Assembly (NCBI GenBank): GCA_964187785.1
Contig: OZ076409.1
Span: 59,212,001-59,276,000, forward strand
Length of the DNA stretch: 64,000 nt
Reading direction: 5' to 3'
From: Amphiscolops sp. MND2022
Lineage: Eukaryota
A program made the position numbers and the translations under genes. Position 1 is the stretch's first letter, and each line of letters starts with the position of its first letter. This document shows positions 12,001-27,000 of this stretch, piece after piece. Under the pieces are notes generated by a model. The model was not told where the DNA came from. It worked only from the letters and a program-made list of their open reading frames with translations, and made no database searches.

Positions 12001-15000
12001 AGTAGCAATGTAATGATAAGAATTGATCCTTTCTCCATATAAACTTTGGAGGGTTAATGCTTTTGACACATGAACATCAGCTTCTTTCTATTCTACGATT
12101 GGTGATATACAGAAGTATGTATGTATGTATACAGTAGTGCTACTTAACAATTACGACTTCGGAGTTTCCTAACTTGTATAATTTGCTCTTACATAATTAA
12201 CGAAATCAATCTGACATCTTTCGATTTATGACATTTCATTTTTTATTGATTATTGTTCCGCTTTTCCATTAAAAAATGATCAAACTGCAAACTTACTTGT
12301 GATATACCATTTCGATTTTTGAGTGGTGGGTTTTATTTGAATGGTTCTTTTTCCTGTTTCCAGTCTGTTACTGTTTTTGTCGCCGCTCAAATACTCTCAC
12401 GTTTTTGTAAAATCGCGAATTGACTACCGAATTGTACTATCCCTAATCTGGAAAATGAACGTTATAATTGCGACTACAACCCCTTCCCTCGATTCACCCC
12501 TCAAGCTCTCAACATTCCGCACCAGAAACTTTTTTGTCGGATTGGAATTCCAGACTTCCGGCTCAAGTGCAAAATGGTATTTACAAAGTTTGCATTTGTC
12601 TTTAGTTTTCAGCGGGGGTTCTACATCGATCTGCCATAAACTACTGAAACATTGTCTGTATACAGACAAAACTCCTGCCACGTTTGGAAGCAGGCGAATG
12701 TGGATTCGAATCCCGCTCAGAGGGCCAATATTTTTGAACGTTTTGAAACCAAGCCGTACTGATAGTTTTCAAATAACGTATCTAACGAAAACTACATTCA
12801 AATTTTTGACGGTATATGAGGTTGTATGACGTTATAGAAGTTGGTGACTCAAGTCAAGAAAGTCATTGAAGGTCGTTCTGAAGGTCGCTTTCTTTCGGTA
12901 AGTACTATTTCTTCACTTTGCCAAAGTTGGATATGCATGAACTAATTTTCAAATCTGTCGGATATTGTTTCAATTAGATTAATTCGTCACTTTTCTCGTC
13001 GAATCATTGTGGCTGGGAGTGGTCAATTGAGGATCAAAGAGCGCGGTTAAAGTCAATCTAAGATTGCCGACAAATTTATGAAGTGGGGTTCTTTGGGCTC
13101 GAAAAACGCTTCTCTAACTGAAAACGTCTAAAACCCCATTTGTTTGGAAGAAAATTGCACAGTGACGAAAAAACTCCAAACATGAAAAGTTGTCATGTGC
13201 GGGATTCGAACCCATGACTTCCTGCTTGCAAAGCACCCATCCTTGTCACTAGGGTAAGAGGTGGGATCTCGGCTCCAAACTTTGAAAAGTGGCCTTTTCA
13301 GTGTGAGGTCTGTGGTCTGACTAAAACATTTGCCACTGTGAGGCAGCACTTTTTGTGAGAAGCGCTGACTAAAAACCCCGTTCTGCAAAGCATTTTTAGT
13401 TGGCGCTTTCATTAATATTTCTGCTTTAGCAGGAATGTTATTGAAATCTCAAAATGTCTACTTTTTTTCAGTACAATTCTTGGCACGATACTGAATAATT
13501 CAGATATTTTGTTCGGCAGTGACTATAAGCGTGAGAAATAAGTTTCTCAAGCTGCCGACGACAATTCAATTCTCGTGCGATGGAACGAGCGAGTGGTAAT
13601 TATGCATTCGTGAGCTGACGTCATTGAGATGAAGCGAGAGAATGTTCGTAATTGTGCTTTCGTTGCGCCGAGTTATTGAGATGAAGCGAATGAGTGTTAA
13701 TTATACTTTCGCGGAGAGCTTCGCCGTATTCAAATATATATTTGCTTTAGTCCGAGATTTACTACTATTACTACTAAAAGACTGAATTTATTCTAGAAAG
13801 AAATACTTGATGATATTTACATGCACAGATTTTTTAAACAACAGATTTAACGGTATAAACTGGTTGTGATTAATTGTGCGCTAAATAATGATTAAACAGG
13901 AGTGTATTGGTATTGCAGATATGATTCTTCCATTAATAAAAGAAAAGCAGAAATAGTAGTGTGCCCCTATTTTTTAATAAAAGAGCCCGCTTATTACAGT
14001 CACTCGTTTTTTCTTTAAGACCATCTCGAATGCGACAAAAACTTTGTTCAATTTGTTCAACTAAACGATTACCTGGAAACCGCATCAAAGTTAAGGGCAA
14101 GTTATGGGCTTTTTAAACGTAACAGAAAAAACCGGACGAGACTAAAGGGTTCCCTTTCAATTTTTCTGGCACTGTGTGACTTTTTTTGTCTCCAAAGGGT
14201 CCCATCTTCGATTTTATTGAAGTCCCCCTTTGGGAGCAATCCCTTCAGACGGGTTGATTAATCGAAATGTTTTTTTTGTAGTGTGAGTTGTATTGTGTTG
14301 TATATCTAATCATCCTCGACCATCTGTAAATCCATAAGAATAATATCCGGAATAAAGGGCTATATCCGAACTTTTGACGTTATATCTGAACTATATTGCG
14401 TTTTATTAAGGAAGAGGCGGAGGTTCGAAAACTGGAGTGTTTCACGAAAACGTCCTTCGCATATTTTAAAAACTGCGCTTTTTGAGCCTTAGATATAGCG
14501 CCAACTTGAGACGTTCCCGTCTTGTTTTTTAGTCGGCGCTTTTCTTGAAAAAGCCGACTATAGTCATGGCTTTTCGTCAGTGTTTTTTCGATACACCAGA
14601 AGTGACCAAAATAGTTCTACAAGTTCTACAAAATTTTATGGTGTTCAATTGAACCATTTGGCCTAGCGGACAAAATCAAAAAAGATTTTCCTTTTTTTCC
14701 GCGTAACATACAATACCGGGCGAGACTAAAGGGTTTGAGTTTTTTCAACATTGTGGGACATTTTTTTCCGAAAAAAATTATCCCCAAAGGGTCCCCCTTC
14801 AATTTGTTCGGAGTTTTGCGACAGAATGGATGTTGAAAAATCCCAAAGGGTCTCCCCTTTCAGTTTTTTTCGGCATTGTGAGACTTTCAAAAAAATCATA
14901 AAAGGGTACCCAACTCACCAATACTTTGACATTTTGAAGTCCTGTTTCTATTTTTGAGCCTTAGATATGGCGCCGACTTGGGCCGGTCCCGGTTTGTTTT

Positions 15001-18000
15001 TATTAGTGAGTGATGAATTATTTGCTAGTTAATACAGTGCCTTCTGCTTCCAATTTCTTTCCAGAATTTTACGTCGGAAAGGTGTCTATTCTTTAAACCT
15101 CATATAATATCATAAAGTTTTCAAATGCTCCAAAATTTGTTAGCCTTGAGCTATTTCTGAGAAGGGCTAATATTAATAACACATAAGTACCAATAAAACT
15201 CATTTCAACTTAGTGGATCTTGAATTTTTGTGCTTCGAATAATTGTAGACGTTTTCAGAGCAACTAAATGAAGTGCATCGGAAGAACGAGATCCTGGAGA
15301 ACGCACTTCGCATTCTGGCTCATCAGCACCACAATCTAGAACTGACACTGAATGAGTCATACAAGTCGGCCACCGCCGCTGACTCATCCTTCATCAACCA
15401 GCTACAAAAGACGGTCGAAAAACACATGGACAGGTATGCGCTCCAATCACCTGATACAAGTCCATGATCATCATAGATTCTACGTGAAAAGAGCGAGTCT
15501 ATTTTATCCTAAGTTTGATTAAAGAACTCTTGGGAGCTCACGCCACTCGTGCGGTTGTCATAAACGAATTTGGTTGTGTGTCTCATCTTTATAGGTATTC
15601 AAACGATACCAATCCCAAAGAAGATATTCGAAAAATTGACGTGGCTTTCAATTCTTAAAATTAGGTTTTCTCAGTGGCCCAGCACGCCATATTTACGGCG
15701 TTTTTTCTATGCGACTTTTTTTCCAATTTGTTTTCATTGAAGCCCCCTCGATTTTTACTAGAAACGAAACGTTTTGCGAGCATAGAGGACTCTTAAGGGT
15801 GTTCAGCACTATGCGACTTACCGGAGACCTGCAAAAGTTTTTCGCCTTCTGAGACTTTTTCTGTGGAGCAAATTGGGTTTTTTATTATTATTATTACAGG
15901 TTTCTTTGAAATGCTTATAAAAGATATAAATGCACATCTGAAGTAGCATAATCAAAGTAGACCCAAGACAACACCTTTAGGTGTCAATTTTATGGGGCCC
16001 TGGCCTTAGTCACTAAGATTCAATGTTGTGAAAATTGAGTTGTAATTGAAGTTTTAACTTATTTAACTTTCACCTATTTTAGAGGGAAAACAGTTTAGAG
16101 TAGCAAAACTCATACTTACCGTGGGGACGCTTTGCGCTGCTCTTTTCTTCGTCTGGTAGCTAGGAATATTAGTCTTCTTTCCTGTCGTTTATGAGGGATG
16201 TTTCGAACATGGAAGGGTCCAATGGTTCACACTGGGAAACCAACCATGCTCAGCATTTTTTCTAACTCCCCTCCTCGTAACTCTCAGCTTGATCCCTTCG
16301 ACTAGAGGTGGTCAAGTCTTACGAAGAGCTACGGGGAGTTAGAAATACCACTCATCAATTGAGCATTTCAAGTAAGTTATCATCTGGTATAGGTAGTAAA
16401 AAACGTTTGAGTTCGTGAATTGTATTATCCAGTTTAGATTGTGAAAATTGCATTAAATCATTAGGGTATAACCCTTGGTCTATCAAAACAATGAGGAGTC
16501 TTGTACCACGATAGCGCAGAGAAAACTTCTCCCAGTTGTTACAAACGAAAGGTGTTACAAAACTACTGTTATTTTCACTTCTACAAGATCGGTTTCTCTG
16601 TTGTCTTTGGAATAAATTGTTCATGTGCTCGGTAGGCATCTCTTGTCGAATACTTCGGAAGGCAAACTTCATAATTTCATAAACATAAAGTTGCGGTACA
16701 CTTAGTATCTGAGCATTTATCATTTCAGTTTCAACACTTCCTGTTCGCTTGAAAAATTTGAGACGCAACAATTTTCTCTGCCTTGTGGCAACTTTGTTCA
16801 AATGCGCTTTGTACGTACCGCCATAGACAAGGATTCCATATTGTATGACAGGTTTAATGTAGAGATTGTAATAGAGTAGTGTGACTTCTTTGGAAACGAA
16901 ATGCCTTAACTTTGATACAATACCAATTGCTTTTAAGAGCTTTTTTGACACCCGGTTGATATGGTCCGTAAACTTCAGTTCTTTATCGATAAGGACACCG
17001 AGATATTTGACACTACGGCATTCTTCGATCTTCATACTGCTAAGCTCAATATTTCCAGGGGTTTTGATTCTAAATGAAACACATTTCGTTTTGTCTACTT
17101 CAGACACAATTTGTTTGCGGTGAGCCATTCATTCACGCGAATCAGTTCTCTTGATAAAAGTTTTTCGAGGGTGTCTTTGTTTTTCGATGTAATTACAAGA
17201 TTTGTATCGTCTGCAAAAAATGTTGGCGTTGAGTATATACAAAAATGCTCCAGATCGTTCATGTAAATAAGGAAGAGAATTGGACCTAGAATTGAACCTT
17301 GCGGAACGCCCCTAGATATCGATTTAACAGAAGACTGTACATTATTGACCTCAACTTGTTGTTTTCTATCACTAAGATAAGATTCAAACCACTTATACAA
17401 TGAACCGCGAAATCCAATTCGATGCATTTTTTCAAGAGAGTTTCATGATCAATTGTATCGAAGGCTTTGGTTAGATCCAAGAAAACACATTTGCTGTACA
17501 GCGCTGTTTTTGTCGCGATTTTTTTCCGTAATACTAACAATAGCATCAACTGTCGACCTTTTACTCCGATAACCATTTTGAGAGTCGGAAAGCAGTTTGA
17601 ACGTTTCCGAAAAAGCATATATTCGATTATGAACTACTCGCTCAAAAACTTTCGAGATTACAGATACAACTGAAATGGGTCTGTAGTTGTTCAAATTTTG
17701 ATGATCGTCTGATTTGAATAGAGGTTTGACTGTAGCAGTTTTCAAACAATTCGGGAAAATTCCTTGTCCGAGAGACTCATTGACTAATTGAACTAAATAG
17801 GGGCCAATTACCGAGGAGCTTATCTTAAGCACTTCAGAAGGAATACCATAGGTACCAACTGACTTGTTTTCCTTCAAACTATTCAGTATAGACAAAACTT
17901 CATTCAAGGTAGTTCGTTTACAGTAACATGAGAACGGTGTCATCTCGATGTGATTAAGGTCATTTGTTTGGTCTTGTTGCAACTCTGACAGTAGTTTCGC

Positions 18001-21000
18001 TCCAACTGTTGTAAAGTGCTCGTTAAAACTTTCAGCAATTTCACTATCTTTGTTTATTTCCTTCTTGTTAACGTAGAGCGATGTTACTCGTGATCTCCCT
18101 ATTTTTTCTTCCTAAAAGATTGTTCGAAAGAAACTTTGTTTATCCTCGAGAGAACTTTTGAATAAAGTTGATTGTAATACTGTTTCTTTTTCAATTTTAG
18201 TACAGCTTTCACGTGTTTTCTAGAATGTTTGAATTTTGAAAAATTATCGCTTGTAGGTGCGCGAGTGAATCGTTTGTGAAGTTTATTCCGCTTGGATATT
18301 TGATTTTTCAAATGGTTGTCATACCACGGGGGCTTCGAGCGTTTTCGTCGATTATTTTTCAGCTTGACGAATTCACTCATCGTATCTTGAATTATCTTGA
18401 GAAAGTTTTCTGTTGCTATATATTTGTCTGTCAGATCGCCAATTTTCTCTGTCAAATTTTCCCGCAATTTGAATATGAAAAGATTCCTCAGTTTTTCGTT
18501 CTTTGTGAAACTAAAGTCAGTTTTTGGAATACTTTTTGCTTTGGGAAGGTTTTGAGAAAATTTTGCAAAAGTTGATGAAATTTTAACAAAAGTGTCTTTT
18601 TGCATATTTAAATTTTTACACTTCTACACCGCTCCCGGGTTTTTATTGCTTGCAGATGGGCGGGTTCAGTTATTTGTCGAGTATATCCGCTCCATAATCG
18701 GAGGTTTGAACTTGCAAATTGTTCCGATAATCTTGAACCAATTAATTGAGATTGTTAATTTGCTGAAGAGACTTTTTTAAGTATTGAAATTCTCAACTTT
18801 GAAGATGTTTTTATTATAATTGCTTCATGTAGTTTCAAAATGATAAAACCTTTTACAAGTATCCTGTGAGTTCAAATGAGATCTACCTGTGCTTTTATGG
18901 CAGTCACAGTAATGGGGCGGGACCTCACCATGGCACGATGGGGGCCCAGGGGGGAGCTGTGATGGGGGATGAGTTCGGGGACTGTGCCAGTGACGATGAA
19001 CCTTTCTTCGATGCGGGCGAGAGTTTCGCTGACGACTTGTCTTTGGATGCAAGGTTTGGTTAAATCACCTAACATCTTCAATAACCTTTCTAGCTACCAA
19101 GAGACAGCTGACCTCGTGTCCAAATTCGATCATCCTTTCTATTCTGCTAAAAATATTTGAAAGCTTTTGATTGTCATGGCTCTTTCAAATGTAATACCAA
19201 CCCTTCGATGATTTCTGTGTTTAGAGCGTTAGAGTTAGTCGTTCTCTCATTGCTTATCTACTTTCAAACCTGTCTGACAAAAAACCTCTGCTCCAGAATC
19301 TCAACTACGTAGAGAACGTTTTCTAGCTCTGAGAAACATTAAATACTCTGGTGTCTTTTGTTGCCGGGATCTCCATCACTTCTAATGGCGGTAACAGTCG
19401 AACCCCTTCTGCTTCGGATTCCCTATTAATTGTGACGTAATTAATTTCAGAGCCTCCTCTCCGATAGAACACCTGATACCCGGCACCGAGTGCAATGGAG
19501 TGAGAGCCGCCAGTGATGTCTCCAACTCCTTCGAAGGGGACGAGATGACAGGTATCAGTATGTCCAGCTCAGAATCTGTCAACTCCAGATCTCCTTCCAA
19601 ACAGGGTTAGCTACTAGCTGTTAAAAGTGTTAATTGAAATGGAATCATAAAGTTGAAAAAGACTTGTAGCAAATGTCTATTAGCATGTACAAAAATAGAA
19701 TAGCAGGTATCGAAACCCCATAAACTGAAAAAATATGCTATACTTATTAGTCACTGATGTTTGACTCACACTTAATTAAGTTCTGCTCATTTCACATATC
19801 CTCGAAAATTTTTCTCCTGAACTTCCAATGCTGTTTGTAGAACTACGAAAATTTTTACGCATTCTTGCATTTTCGTTTTTAACATATTTTGTTTATTATA
19901 TAGTCTGTGATACATTGCCAGCACTCACTGTCCCATATCTATGTTGTCTCAAAAAGTATTGTTATTTTTCAAATGCCAAAATTGATCGTAGTAGTCAATT
20001 TTTTCGCAAATAAATAATTGGAATCAATAATTGGCTAATAAATTAATTTTAACGTCCCTGTCTTTTTTTCTAGGCGACACTGTAGCCCTGGTCCTCAATG
20101 ACAAATGCCAGTCGGCCTCACAAAAACCCACTTTTCTTGAAAACACAACTTTAGCCGAAATGTTCTCTAGCTGTCTGGGACATAGCGAAGACGAAAGAAA
20201 GATGTTCGTCAACTGTTTTTTGTCGGCGTATCGACAACAGTTGCCGGCCGAGATGCCCAAAAGTAAGATGCTTTCTATCTGGGAGACGTTGAAGGAACTT
20301 TTGGGAAAGGATCTCACCAGGGTTTCCATGCCTGTTTATTTCAACGAGCCATTGTCTATGCTGCAAAGGTTAGGGTGCTACTGACAATTTTCGCAGTACT
20401 TAGTTTTTCTCTAAGCTGGAATATAGTACCTTTATTAAGGAATTATCCCCTGGGCTGACTTGATGCTCGATTTTGATACTGAAAAACATCAGAAATGAAA
20501 GTTTCAGAATTTTATCTAGTTTGCATTAGTGTTTTTTAAATTTCTGAGACGAAAATTGTGGAAAGCTAAGCTTATTTAAGTATTTAAAATTATTTAAGAA
20601 ACTGAATTTAAGTAAAACTGCAATTTTTCGGCGTTTTTAAAATATTTTTTGACCGTTTTACCTACAGCTTTCGCGATGAAAAACTCATTTAGAATGTTTC
20701 TGGCACAAAACATAGCACTGGATTCTAGACAACCGGCAAAATTCGTAGACAACAATAAATTAGGACAAAATGTTTCGATAGATTATCTATCATCATCAGG
20801 TCTGAAAACCATATCTAAAAAACAAAAAGCAACCAAGTTACTTGAAAGACACATGAGTTCTTTAAAGATAATACAACATGTGAGTTCAAAAACGCAGCGA
20901 CAAGTGTCGCTGCCTAAATTCCTCCCGGAAGTTTAGTGTAGGCGACTGTTTAGCTATATAAATAGCCTCAAGTGCAGAGAGTTTCCGGCAATTCCGGGCG

Positions 21001-24000
21001 GCGTCAATAATTCGAGTACTGTCAATCAGAGAATCCGTATGACCAACTCAAAATTCGTAGAATCTGAATTTTTCGATAATCTCGAAACGGAAAATAATTG
21101 AGCGAGATTTTGCTTAATTAATAGGAAAACTAATTTTCGGCAAAAAATTTGCGTTTTCGGTGGCAAAGACCCTACTAGTTTCGGCGGCAAAAAAGGGCAT
21201 GTTGGGCAAGAAAATAGCTTGAATATCTTACAAAGAAGAATTATACTTCATGAAAATAAGCTCAATGGGGGAACGGGGGATGGTAATGGCTCCTTCTTCC
21301 ACTTGAAATTTTCCATTTTTCGCGACGTCGGGGGCATTTTTCAAATACCTTTTTGCGTTTTTGACAAGATCGTTCACTGCCTTGTTGTAGTAGTATACGA
21401 AATGACATAGACTCAAATAAGTTTGTCTCTGCTGCTTTCATTTATCTCTCCAAAGCATTTGACTCCATGTGTCATGAAATTCTAATAGAGAAATTGGAAT
21501 GTATGAATTTCGGTGATAAAGCCATATCAATAATAAAAACATATCTTCAAAATCGGATATAAAAGGTCATCCTTCTATCTTGTTCTTCCGACTGGATAAA
21601 ATTATATCAGGGTGTACCACAAGGCACTATAATGGGTCCCCTTCTATTTAACATTTGTTAACTTTATGAGATCCTCTGTACAGAGACCAACACAACTTGT
21701 ATGCTGACGATACTTTTCTCTATTCAGCAACTGGAAATTTGGAACAATCCATAAAAGATCTTGAAACCAATATAAAAACGTGATACTTTTCTTTGAAAGA
21801 CACCGCCTCAACAAAAACGCTGACAAAACAGAGTTTATGATTTTTTGTAAAAAGTCACATAATCATATAGCTGATGATCGTCAATTGAAAGTGAAAAATG
21901 AATTCATTGAACAATCCAAATCTGCAAAATATTTAGGCGTTTATCTAGACCAAAACTTGACATACCAAATGGAAGTGCAAAACATCCTCCGTAAAATGGC
22001 TACAGGTATAAAAGTCTTGTATTCTATCCGGAACATCCTACCTAAAAAACACGTCTTCTACTGCTGAATTCACTAGTTCTAAATCATCTCCATTACTCTT
22101 CTTTTTTGATGAATGGTTTTTCGCAGAATCCGGTTACCTTTAGAGAAACATTTAAGCTGGGGTGTGAAAGCTTGCTTTCACAAGAAGAAAGACGATTCAT
22201 CGAGAGATCTCAAGTAACAATACGAAATTTTACCTCTGGGTCTCTTTTTGGACTTGAAATCTGTTCTTTCTTTCTTGAAATATCAAAATGATTTATTACC
22301 GGCGTTTAAACATCAAGAAATAACAACTGCAAAACTTAAGATACTCAAAAGGTCAAATCTTTTGGTTTATGATTCAATGACTAATCGCAGCTACTTGACC
22401 AACAGCTTTTTTCAAAAAATTGTTTCCTTGTGGAACAACCTTCCTTCTGAATTAAAAACAAAAAAATGGACATATGGTACTATCAAAACTAAATTCAAAG
22501 ACTTTTCCAAGACAAATTTAAACATCAAATTGACACATCAGAATTTGACAAGAAATGTTGGACGGACTACCGGTTTCTTTGATTTCATTTTAAATTATAA
22601 TTCATTATTTCGGTGTAAGTTATATATTTTTTAATTTGAACTTGTACACTGCCTTTTATAAGGAAAGCATTTTTTCTCTTATATGAAAAAATTCAGTGTT
22701 TTTAGTCAGCAATTTTGACACAAACTCGTGATTACATATGAGGAAAACAAGTTTTGGTTAAGAAATAAGTCACGATACGAGCTTAATTCGGCGCTTCAAG
22801 ACCTTCCGCTTTCTCGTGAATTCACCGGTCAAATCAGGAATATGCTTGGTTTTATTTGCAATGAAATCTTTGCCGCAAACAGTGCATAATACACCCTGAA
22901 TAAAAATAACTCCAAACGATGCTTCCATCGCTCTTAGTATTGTTAATAATAACCTTGTATTGTTAACAGCGGCAGCGGTTCATCCGGCTGGCGCACAGCT
23001 CTAGTGATCACTATATACATGTAGCAAATATTTGTTTTCAATTTGACGCCTGAATATGTTTTTCAAATAGGACGCCTTTCGGCTAGCGTATTCGTTTTCG
23101 GCTTGCTAATGGCTTTTCCGACAACTTTCGGCTCAGCCGAAAATCAGTTTTCTTATTCAATAACCAGTGAAAATTAGAAACAAGCCGGGAACGGCCCAAG
23201 TCGGCGCTATATCTGAGGCTCAAAAATAGCAAAAGGGGAACCTTCGGAGACATTTAAAAAAAATTGGGAAAAAAGTCTCACAAAGCTGAAATAACTTGCA
23301 CAAAAAAATTTTGGTCAAGAGCGGGACTCGAACCCACGTCCTTCTGCTTGGCAGACCTCAAAAACGCCTAATTAACCTCTATGCCAAGTGCTAGTAGAAG
23401 TAGTGTAGCAGTTACAGCAAGTCAGCTTATAAAGCTCATGAAATCTGTCACTTCGTTGGTCTTTAGTCACTACTATAGTCTGCGTTTTCTACGGAAAGCG
23501 CCGACTAATGAGAGCTAATAAACAGTTTTAATTGGTTGAAATGACTCTCAGTGAACATGGGTTGGTTTCTGAACAATGGTACTGTGTCATTATTGAGACA
23601 CTAAATTTATCCTTTTCCAATCTGAAAGTGAGCTTCGCAAGTCTCATCCAAAGAAAGCTAGCTGACCTTTTGTCGGTTTTGCTTTTTTGAAGTGAGGAAT
23701 TTAGATTTGGTCCAAAAAACCTGACGTTAAAGCTGATTTTCACAAGTCAACCGGATTTTTTGGACTTCGGTAAATTTTATTTTTTTTTGAAGTACAATTC
23801 AAGTTACTAGGTTTTTAGGAATTTTTTGCAAGGCTTTTCTTCTACATTTTTTAACTTCTAATTTTTTACGAAAACGACCGACATTGGCATAGGCGCAAAT
23901 GCTGCATCATTCAGGGTTTGCGAAATTCGTTAATTTCTGACTTTTTTCGACATTTTTTCCACAATTGATTTTCAGCGAAAACACCTGACTTAAAATTCGA

Positions 24001-27000
24001 GAAAATTTCAAAATTTTTCTCATTCAAAATGTTACTCGATGAAAGTATGAAAAAAATCCAACGAATTTGTTGGTATTATAATGAATATTGGCATACATGG
24101 TGAGTATTCGAATTGCAATTTTTCTGTATTGTGTTAAGGTCGTGTGAGTTCATGGAGAGTGTATTCCTGCTGGCCAAGGCGTCCAAACTGAAGGAGTCGC
24201 TCTCTCAAATGGTGTTGGTGGCCACTTTCGCCACTGTGTGCATTAACTCTCTCTCGGACAGACTCAACAAACCCTTCAACCCCATCCTGGGAGAGACATT
24301 CCAATTCACAGACGAGGAGGTTTGAACATAGATTTCATCCTGTCCATTTCATTCAATAGTGATAGATATCGTTAGGAATAGTGGATTGTATGGTAAACAT
24401 GCGCCTGGGATGATTTCATTTCACACCTTGATTAAATGGTTTGCAGAGAAACTAATCTAGAGTGGACCGCTTAAAATGTGAAGTAGTTCCAAATAATTTT
24501 CGCATTTTCTATCGCAGCTAATTATACAAGGTTTTTGGTGTATAATCTGGGCATTTGTAACTTATTAACAAACCTGATATAATTTGTATGTAGCTTTTAC
24601 CTGATTGATATGAGTTATCGCGTGACATGAGTTGTTTCTATACCGATATTGGTCATAACATATTGGTGCCCAAGATTCATCCAATTTATTTTTAAAAAGC
24701 CATATTTTAATTCTCGTATAAAGGATTGTGCAAAATAGTTTTTTTTCTTTAATAGGTTTTGCCATACCCTATTTTTATACTCAGAAGATGAAGCTTCTTT
24801 TATAGAATTCAACTACAAAAAAGTAACATCATAAATGGCATCTTTTATTTCGAAAAGATGTTTTGGATGTTCAAATTAGTTTGAACAAAAAATATGTAAA
24901 CCATTCCTCTATTAAGGAAAATTCAAGAAAAAAATTGTGAAAAATTACCAAAGCCACAAGCGTATATATTCATGGCGATATCTGAACTTTTTGAAGAAAA
25001 GCAGCTCAGAAAGTGCCGAACATTTCCTTCAGTTTTTGAACGTTTCGTGCAATTTGTAGGTGGGTGTCAGGGTGATTGCCGAACAAGTGAGTCATCATCC
25101 GCCTATCACAGCTTTCAACTTCCAGTCATCTTTCGCCCACATCAATGGCAATGCCGCTCCCAAAATCAGTTTCGGAGGAATGGGACAGTCTATACAAGTA
25201 GGTTGTCCTGTTTTTTTTGTCGGCGCGCAACTTACGGTGATTAGTTTTTAGTCGGCGCCTTTTCCTTTAAGGAAACAAGCCCGACTAATACAGTGGCTAG
25301 TTTTTTTCAGCTGACAATCTCACTCTGAATGGTCCACTTTTCTTACAATTCTTACAATCTTAAAAAAATTACAATTTTTACCTTGCGAAGTAGTATTTTT
25401 TACATCATCTAAGAAACTCAACGGGGCCAAAGGGTACTCCCTTAGAGCATTTTCGCCTCTGTGAGACTTTTTTTCGAAAAAAAAATCACCAAAGGGTTCC
25501 CCCTTCAATTTTTTGATATTTTCCGACAGAATGGATGTTGAAAAATCCCAAACAGTCCCCCTTTCAGTTTTTTCGGCATTGTGAGACTTTCAAAAAAATT
25601 CATAAAAGGGTAGCCAACTCACCAATACTTTTGACATTTTGAAGTTCTTTTTCTATATTTGAGCCTTAGATATGGCGCCGACTTGGGCCGGTCCCGGCTT
25701 GTTTTTCTCTCAGACCACAGAGCCCACACTCAGAGGTCCACTTTTCAGGCTTCAAGTCTGGGCCAGTACGGAAAACTCAACACATGAAAACTCAACACAA
25801 TAAAACTCAACACAGAAAACTCAACACAAGAAAACTCAACACAGAAAACTCAACACATTTCAACACATTTAAATAATTTTAGTTAACACCTCAATTGAGT
25901 TTATTTTCCGAAATCTAACTAATTGTTAGATCCGGATTATTTCCGTTTACAATTGGTCACAGTTGCGACTCATTTCAAAGACATATAAGGACGTATAATT
26001 CCCTTTACACCTAGTCATGATTGCGACTTTTTCCAATATTAAACTATTTTTCACGTTGAAACATTGTTTACATTGGCCCAAACCATGAAACAAAACGATC
26101 GAAAAAGTTTAAACGCAAACACAAATTTTTTAGAAAAATTGTGTCAAATGCATAAATTTTGAGCAGTACGAACAAGGAATATAGATATATAATATATATC
26201 ACGATTAATAAATGCTCAAAATGTTTTGAGTTTTCTTGTGTTGAGTTTTCTTGTGTTGAGTTTTCTTGTGTTGAGTTTTCTGGTAATCAAGTCTGGGATC
26301 TAAGGCGCACCCAAAGAGATCAAAAGGGTACCACCCACTTTGAGTAATTCATAGTTTTGCCGTATCCTGAAAACTATATTGGACCGTAGGGTCCACTTTA
26401 GGGTTTTCTGGGCACTGAGTGACCCTTCAATCTTATCTTTTCAGTTAGTACAATACGTTTCAAGAGCATAAAGGCCCCCTTCAAGTTTTCGGCACTGTGC
26501 GACTTTCGAAAGGAAAACGTTTCTCACCATTTTTTCGATGATTCTAGGGTTCAATTGGCGCTTAGCTGTTTTTAGTCGGCGCCTTTTCCCTGAAGGAAAA
26601 AATACCCACTATTACAGTGGGTAGTTTTTTAGTCGGCGCTTTTTAGTGAAAAGTGCCCGACTATTACAGTGGCTAGTTTTTTTTTCTTTTTTTTCGTCAG
26701 ACTACAGTCTCACTCTGATTGGTCCACTTTTCTTAGAACAGAAACTACTAAAACTACTAAGGCCGTAAGGCCAAGTCCGGACAGCGGAAATTAAGTGCAA
26801 AGGGTCCCCCCTTTCATTTTTTACTTTTTAACGTAACCTACAAAACCGGACGAGACTAAAGGCCCCCTTTCGATTTTTTTCGGCATTGTGCGACTTTCGA
26901 ATTTTTTTTTATGTCTCAAAAGAGTCCCTCTTTCAAGTTTTTTGATATTTTGCAACAGAATATATGTTAATTAAGCCGAAAGGGTCCCACCTTTTACATT

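Noticed and set aside
12341..12829. 162-aa ORF in an OSBP intron
   Set aside because: No homology-like motif, and exons 5653 and 15259 join in phase without it.
16258..16345. Hammerhead ribozyme or SECIS call for the LINE hairpin
   Set aside because: The required core motifs are not in the correct arrangement; kept only as an unexplained hairpin.
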